A DNA stretch of 63,822 nucleotides, the filler included, from a bacterium (GTDB lineage Bacteria > JBBIVP01): assembly GCA_037439705.1 (NCBI GenBank). It is 6 parts of 6 records of this genome, joined end to end, with 100 filler letters (N's around TTAATTAATTAA, not from the genome) between each part and the next. Parts side by side here need not be neighbours in the genome. Positions count along the whole stretch, not along the records: positions 54,997 to 63,822 come from JBBIVP010000084.1; 5 more parts are not named here. The stretch is one strand, 5' to 3'. The position numbers and the translations under genes were made by a program. Position 1 is the stretch's first letter; every line of letters starts with the position of its first letter. Below, piece after piece: positions 58,001 to 63,822 of the stretch. Under the pieces are notes generated by a model. The model worked only from the letters and a program-made list of their open reading frames with translations. It was not told where the DNA came from and searched no databases.

Positions 58001-59328
58001 TTCAGAAATCCCTTCACCCCATCAAAGGCTTTTCTGATTTTCTCCCTGATATAACCTAATGCAAGCCCGGTCTGAAATTTTCCTGTCCTTGCAAGAGAAA
58101 AGGCTTTATCAAGCCTTCTTATTACTTCCATTGCTTCTTCCTCTTTTATTATGAGGGGTGGAAGAAACTGAAGAACTGACGGATCATTATTTGCGTATAT
58201 ACATAAGAGTCCGGATTCATAGCACGCCTTTGTCATCATCATACCCCAGGTTTGGTCCTTCATTTTAATTCCCATCATCATTCCGAGCTGTCTGATGGAA
58301 AGGATTATGTCCGAATTCCTTTCCTTCAATGCATTTAGTTCCCTCTTAAAAAACTCGGCAACTTTATTTACATGCTGAAAAAATTCAGGTGAAGATGAAA
58401 TTTCAAGAACCTTCATCGCCACCACACATCCGGGCTCTGCTCCCCCAAAAGTTGAAACATGAATAAACGGGTCTTTATGAAAAACCCTTTCAAGATGGGT
58501 TCTGAAAGAGGTGGCGGTGATGGGATAAATTCCACCGCTCAATCCCTTTCCCGTGACAATTATATCAGGAACAACTCCGAAATGTTCTATACCCCAGAGC
58601 TTTCCAGTTCTTCCAAGCCCTGTCTGAATCTCATCAATAATCATCAATGCTCCCTTTCTGTCACATATCTCCCTTACTCCCTTGAAAAAATTTTTATCAG
58701 GAACATAAATGCCCAGAGTGGCGGGAACGGTTTCAAAAATCACAGCAGCGGTTTCTGAATCCACAGCCCTTTCAAGGCTTTCAAGGTCGTTAAAGGGAAC
58801 CTGATAAAACCCGGGAGCAAGTGGTTCAAATGGTTTTTTATACTTCTCATCTCCTGTGGCAAGGGCAAAACCAGTATGTCCATGATACCCTCCTTTTGCA
58901 GAAATTATTTTGTGCCTCCTCGTATATGCTCTCGCAATTTTTATCGCCAGGTCAATTGCCTCTCCTCCGCTCACCCCAAAAACCGTATAACTTATGTCGC
59001 CGGGCATAAGCTCTGCCATCTTTCTGGCAAGCAATGCCCTGAACTGGCTTATGAGGTGATGATTTCCTATATCAATTTCTTCATGAGCTTCTTCAAGCGC
59101 CCTTATTATTTCCTGATTTCTGTGTCCCAGATTGAAAACCCCTCCATTGCAGTGACAGTTGATCAATTCTTTTCCTGTTTCCATATCCCACACATATACT
59201 CCCTCCCTTTTTCCAAAAACAAAATCCATATCAAAGGATGTAAAGACCCTTGCTTTTCCAGAAGATACATGATTTCTGAAAAGCTCTATTATTTTCTCTT
59301 TGGAAATTTTATCCCTTCCTGAATGCAT
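57997..59328 (-). CDS. Class III PLP-dependent aminotransferase
   Basis: SGGEAID, GYHG, IDEIQTGLGRTG, PDIIVTGKGLSGG, STFGG. Confidence 0.93.
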   Translation of the reverse strand: MHSGRDKISKEKIIELFRNHVSSGKARVFTSFDMDFVFGKREGVYVWDMETGKELINCHCNGGVFNLGHRNQEIIRALEEAHEEIDIGNHHLISQFRALLARKMAELMPGDISYTVFGVSGGEAIDLAIKIARAYTRRHKIISAKGGYHGHTGFALATGDEKYKKPFEPLAPGFYQVPFNDLESLERAVDSETAAVIFETVPATLGIYVPDKNFFKGVREICDRKGALMIIDEIQTGLGRTGKLWGIEHFGVVPDIIVTGKGLSGGIYPITATSFRTHLERVFHKDPFIHVSTFGGAEPGCVVAMKVLEISSSPEFFQHVNKVAEFFKRELNALKERNSDIILSIRQLGMMMGIKMKDQTWGMMMTKACYESGLLCIYANNDPSVLQFLPPLIIKEEEAMEVIRRLDKAFSLARTGKFQTGLALGYIREKIRKAFDGVKGFLK

Positions 59329-59454
59329 TTTTTTAAATTATAGATTTTGAAAATTTCTCTGTCAAATGACCAATTTAAATTTTTTTAAAATTACAAAAAG
59401 GAGTTCAAACATTAAATTGCGAAATGTTGAAAGACTTGTTTTTAATTTTTTAGA

Positions 59455-60717
59455 ATGGTAAATAAGTTTTTTATGATGGTAAGATATATAAACGGAATTC
59501 TTCATTTAGAAGAGGTTGACCTTTCTTTCATTGCAAAGAAATTCGGAACTCCGCTTTATATTTATAGCGAAAATGGAATAAGGGAGAGAATAAGGAGCCT
59601 TAAGAAGGCATTCGGGAAAAGCCTTTATTTTGTTGCTTATGCTGTAAAGGCCAATTCAAATATGGGAATTTTAAAGGTAGTAAAGGATGAGGGATGTGGT
59701 GCTGAGGTTGTTTCAGGAGGAGAGCTCTACAGGGCGCTTCTTGCAGGAATCAGTCCGAAAAAAATTCTTTTTACCGGTGTTGGTAAAACAGGTGATGAAA
59801 TCAAGTATGCCATAAAAAATAGCATCTTTTCTATTGTGTGCGAGAGTGAGGAGGAGTTAAGGATTATAGAGGAGATTGCAAAAAAACTTAAAAAGAAAGT
59901 AAAAATTATGTTGAGGGTTAATCCTGATATTGACCCGAAGACCCATCCATATATTGCAACGGGTCTGAAAAATTCCAAATTCGGGATTCCTGAAGAGATT
60001 GCGTATTCTCTGTATAAAAATGTGGCAAGGAGCAAATTTCTTCAGCCAGCAGGAATACACTTTCACATAGGTTCACAGATCACCATTCCTGAACCATTTT
60101 ATGAGGCGGCAAAAAAGATAAAAGCTCTTTTGATGAAACTTGAAAATGAGGGAATAAAACTGGAATTTGTTGATGTAGGAGGAGGTATTGGAATTCAGTA
60201 TAAAGATGGAGAAACCGGGCTTTCTTTAGAGGCTTACAGTTCTGCTATCAAAGAGGGACTAAAAGGGCTTGATGTAAAAATAATCGTTGAACCCGGAAGG
60301 TTCCTCGTTGGTAACAATGGGATTCTGCTGGGAAGGGTTATTTATGTGAAGGATAATAAAACAAAGAAATTTCTTGTTACCGATATAGGAATGAATGACC
60401 TTATAAGACCCTCATTATACAATTCTTTTCATAGAATACTTCCTGTTGAAGAAAAGAAGAACGGGCAATTATATAAATTTGATGTGGTTGGACCTATCTG
60501 CGAATCCGGTGATTTTATTGCGAAAGAAAGGGAAATGCCCGAGATAAGGAATGGAGAGTTTATAGCAGTTCTTGATACAGGGGCATATGGATTTTCAATG
60601 TCATCAAATTATAATTCGCGCCCCAGAGCGGCTGAAGTGCTGGTGAGTGGAAAGAAGTGGAAAATTTTAAGGAAGAGGGAGAATTATAAAAGTCTGGTGA
60701 GGGGAGAGGTTTTTTAA
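59455..60717 (+). CDS. lysA: Diaminopimelate decarboxylase
   Basis: YAVKANSN, SKFG, HFHIGSQ, EPGR, GPICESGD, GAYG..MSSNYN; start may be 59473. Confidence 0.97.
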   Translation: MVNKFFMMVRYINGILHLEEVDLSFIAKKFGTPLYIYSENGIRERIRSLKKAFGKSLYFVAYAVKANSNMGILKVVKDEGCGAEVVSGGELYRALLAGISPKKILFTGVGKTGDEIKYAIKNSIFSIVCESEEELRIIEEIAKKLKKKVKIMLRVNPDIDPKTHPYIATGLKNSKFGIPEEIAYSLYKNVARSKFLQPAGIHFHIGSQITIPEPFYEAAKKIKALLMKLENEGIKLEFVDVGGGIGIQYKDGETGLSLEAYSSAIKEGLKGLDVKIIVEPGRFLVGNNGILLGRVIYVKDNKTKKFLVTDIGMNDLIRPSLYNSFHRILPVEEKKNGQLYKFDVVGPICESGDFIAKEREMPEIRNGEFIAVLDTGAYGFSMSSNYNSRPRAAEVLVSGKKWKILRKRENYKSLVRGEVF

Positions 60718-61788
60718 ATGTCCTTGAGGGAATGGATTGCTTTAAGTTTGATAGATGGAGTGGGTCCCATAACCTTTAAGAAAATTCTTGAAAAAGGCTT
60801 GAAACCGGAGACAATTTTTTCGCTTTCAAAAAAGGAACTTGAAGGAACTGGACTTTTAAGGGAGAACCCCATTGAGGTTATAATAAAAAAAGAAACCCTG
60901 CTCATGGCTGAAAAGATAATAGAAATCTCGGAAAAGAACAGAATAAAAATTCTCACGGTTGAATCTCCCTCATATCCCCTTCTTCTTAAACATATTCCTG
61001 ACCCACCTCCTGTTCTTTATGTAATGGGAGATATGAAACCGGATGAAAGGTGTGTAGGGGTAGTGGGTACAAGAACACCCACCGAATATGGAAAAATGGT
61101 GGCTGAAAAGATTGCCTTTCTTCTTGCATTGAACGGTGTGACTCCTGTAAGCGGAATGGCTTACGGAATTGATAGTATAGTGCATTCTTCAGCCATGAAT
61201 GGAGGTGGAAGAACAATTGCGGTTCTCGGTTCAGGTTTAATGAGGATATATCCTCCGGAACACAAAAACCTTTTCAGAAGAATATGTGAAAACGGATGCG
61301 CTCTTTCAGAGTATCCACTATATGAAGAGCCCCATATTTCACATTTTCCTCAAAGGAATAGAATCATTTCTGGCATTTCGTCCGCTGTTATTATTGTTGA
61401 AGCGGGCGAAAAAAGTGGTGCTCTGATAACAGCAAAATTTGCGCTCGAGCAGGGAAGGGAGGTATTCGCAGTGCCAGGAAACATAACCTCTGCAATGAGC
61501 AGGGGGACAAATAAGTTGATAAAAGAGGGAGCAACTCCCTTCACAAGTTTTGAAGACCTTTCCGAGGTTCTCGGTCAGCCTCTTCTTAATTTAAGTTCCA
61601 CTAAAGATTTTCTGACCGAGAGCGAGTCCTTGCTTTTGAAATTCATAAAAAATGGAGAGGTATTTTATCCTGAAGATTTGCTATTTCTTTCACAGGAGAA
61701 GGGAACTAATGTATATGAAGTCCTTACATCCCTTGAATTAAAGGGAATTATAAAAAGGACAGAGGGAGGTGGTTTTATTAAGGGATGA
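60718..61788 (+). CDS. dprA: DNA-processing protein DprA/Smf
   Basis: VVGTR, SGMAYGID, FPQRNRIISG, VEAGEKSGALIT, VFAVPG. Confidence 0.96.
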   Translation: MSLREWIALSLIDGVGPITFKKILEKGLKPETIFSLSKKELEGTGLLRENPIEVIIKKETLLMAEKIIEISEKNRIKILTVESPSYPLLLKHIPDPPPVLYVMGDMKPDERCVGVVGTRTPTEYGKMVAEKIAFLLALNGVTPVSGMAYGIDSIVHSSAMNGGGRTIAVLGSGLMRIYPPEHKNLFRRICENGCALSEYPLYEEPHISHFPQRNRIISGISSAVIIVEAGEKSGALITAKFALEQGREVFAVPGNITSAMSRGTNKLIKEGATPFTSFEDLSEVLGQPLLNLSSTKDFLTESESLLLKFIKNGEVFYPEDLLFLSQEKGTNVYEVLTSLELKGIIKRTEGGGFIKG

Positions 61789-63822
61789 AACTTGTTATAG
61801 TTGAATCACCTGCCAAAGCAAAAACTATAAAGAGATTTCTTTGAAAGGATTTTGAAGTTATTGCTTCTTACGGGCATATAAAAGACCTTCCAAAGTCCCG
61901 TCTGGGAGTAAAGATAGAGGAAGGATTTGAGCCAGAGTATCAGACTATTCCAGCAAGGAGAGCGAGAATAAAGGAAATGAAGGAGAAGTCATATAATGCT
62001 GAAATTGTATTTCTTGCTTCAGACCCTGATAGAGAAGGAGAGGCAATAGCCTGGCATATAGCAGAAGAGATAATGGATTCAAAGGTTATAAAAAGGGCAG
62101 TTTTTCACGAGATTACCGAAAAAGGCGTAAAAGAGGGTATAAATAATCCGAGAGAACTTGACGAAAATCTGTATAATGCCCAAAAAGCAAGAAGGGTGCT
62201 TGACAGGCTTGTGGGTTATAAAATTTCTCCGCTTCTTTGGGATAAAGTAAAGAGAGGGATTTCTGCGGGAAGGGTTCAGTCTGTGGCGCTTAAATTTGTG
62301 GTGGAAAGGGAGAAGGAAATAGAAGCTTTTGTCCCGAAGGAGTACTGGACAATTACTGTATTTTTTGAAAAGGACGGTAAAAGGTTTTCTGCGGAGCTAA
62401 GGACAAAAGACCCGATTTCCGATGAAGCAGCTTCAAAGAAAATCGTTGAGGAGATAAATGATAAAGAGTTTATCGTTAAAGAGGTAACAAAAAAGGAAAG
62501 AAGGGTGAATCCCCCACCTCCTTACATTACGAGCACCCTTCAGCAGGATGCATTCAAAAAACTTGGTTTTTCGGCGGAGAGAACGATGAGGGTCGCTCAG
62601 AACCTTTATGAAGGAGTTGATGCAGGTCCTTATGGAAGACTTGGTCTTATTACATACATGAGAACAGATTCTGTAAGGATAGCGGAAGAGGCAATAGAAA
62701 GGGTAAGGCAGGTGATAGAAAATGAATTCGGCAGGGATTATCTTCCTGATAAAGCGAGAATTTACAGGAACAAGGAGTCCGCACAGGATGCCCATGAGGC
62801 AATAAGACCTGCAGATGTTAAAATAACGCCATCATCTATAAAGGAATATATTTCAAAAGATGAAGGTAAACTTTATGAGATCATATGGAGAAGGTTTCTG
62901 GCATGCCAGATGAATCCTGCAGTATATGAAATAATTATCGCTGAACTTGTATGTGGAGATTATGTGTTTAAGGCATCGGGTTCAAGGCTTTTATTTGATG
63001 GTTTTAAAAAGGTTTATGAGGAGGAAAGGGAAGAGGGGGAAGATGGAGCAGGAATTCTTCCAGTTTTGGAAGAGGGGGAGGTTTTAAAACCTGTAGAAAT
63101 AAAGCCGGAACAGCACTGGACGAAGCCTCCTCCAAGGTATAACGAAAGCAGTCTCATTAAAGAGCTTGAAGAAAAGGGAATAGGAAGACCCTCAACCTAC
63201 GCTACAATAATTTCAACTCTGAAGAAAAGGGGTTATGTAAAAGTAGAGAATGGAAGGTTCCATCCCACTGCCCTCGGAACTCTTGTCTGTGAAATCCTCC
63301 TTCAGCATTTTGCGGAGATAATGGATACAAATTTTACTGCGAGGATGGAAAGACAACTTGACCTGATAGAAAGGGGAGAAGAGGAATGGAGAAAGACAGT
63401 TTCCAGTTTTTATTCTTTACTTAAAGAGTATCTCCGTAATGCAGAGAAAGACATAGAAAACTATAAGGGTAAGGGAATAAAGACAGAACTTAAATGCCCT
63501 CTTTGTGGAGGGGAAACATATATAAAGATGGGAAAGAATGGAGAATTCATTGCTTGCGGAAATTATCCCGCCTGTAATTTTTCTTCCAATTTCAAAAAGG
63601 AAAAGGATGGAAAAATTGTCCTTCTATCAGATGAAATTATAGAGGGCAGTTGTCCTCAATGCGGGTCACCGCTTTCTGTAAAGCGGACAAAAAAGGGGTT
63701 GAGGTTTATTGCCTGTTCCTCATATCCAGTCTGTAAGTGGACTTCTTCATACAAAATCGGTGAAAAGTGTCCCTCCTGCGGGGCAGAGCTCGTGGAAAGG
63801 ATTTCAAAAAAAGGGAAAATTT
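61785..63822 (+). CDS. topA: DNA topoisomerase I, truncated by window edge
   Basis: Not in ORF track; MKLVIVESPAKAKTI, ASDPDREGEAI, SAGRVQS, ITYMRTDS, GIGRPSTY, C-terminal Zn ribbons CPLC, CPQC, CPSC. Confidence 0.97.

Noticed and set aside
60718-63822. dprA-topA adjacency
   Set aside because: Common conserved gene pair

Overview
AT-rich bacterial draft genome or MAG made of six unrelated contigs joined by artificial 100-bp linkers (44 N + TTAATTAATTAA + 44 N), so gene order must not be read across linkers. Gene content and order (rpsA-sppA-ihfB-HIT, ccsA-hemA-hemC-hemD, DUF4388, Pkn kinase with FHA proteins, long MCPs) suggest a low-GC Deltaproteobacteria-like lineage (inference). Contig 1: chemosensory operon (DUF4388 protein, cheY, cheA, ExeA-like ATPase, 2 cheW, 2 MCPs, zinc-ribbon pseudo-receiver). 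Contig 2: PilZ, LarA-like protein, pgpA, a DRTGG / RsbT-kinase / sensory-type [FeFe]-hydrogenase / DRTGG / PHP / HATPase module followed by a porin remnant instead of hydABC, radical SAM protein, sigma-54 activator. Contig 3: IS1595 remnant, bamB-yfgM, NSS transporter plus small subunit, three secreted or outer-membrane proteins (two with a P13-like domain), FHA-FHA-Ser/Thr kinase. Contig 4: housekeeping and haem genes, tRNA-Ser(TGA), a repeat pseudogene. Contig 5: cobO, a TAG-interrupted peptidase/propeller/barrel gene, putP pseudogene, receiver-TPR protein, rib operon. Contig 6: XRE regulator, a structured ~165-nt RNA candidate abutting a collapsed IS110 transposase, menG, DUF6206-like protein, aminotransferase, lysA, dprA, topA. 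Top leads: the IS110-associated structured RNA (bridge/seek RNA or antisense partner), the orphan sensory hydrogenase module, and the P13-like fusion paralogs. All product calls come from motif recognition by eye; no searches were run.
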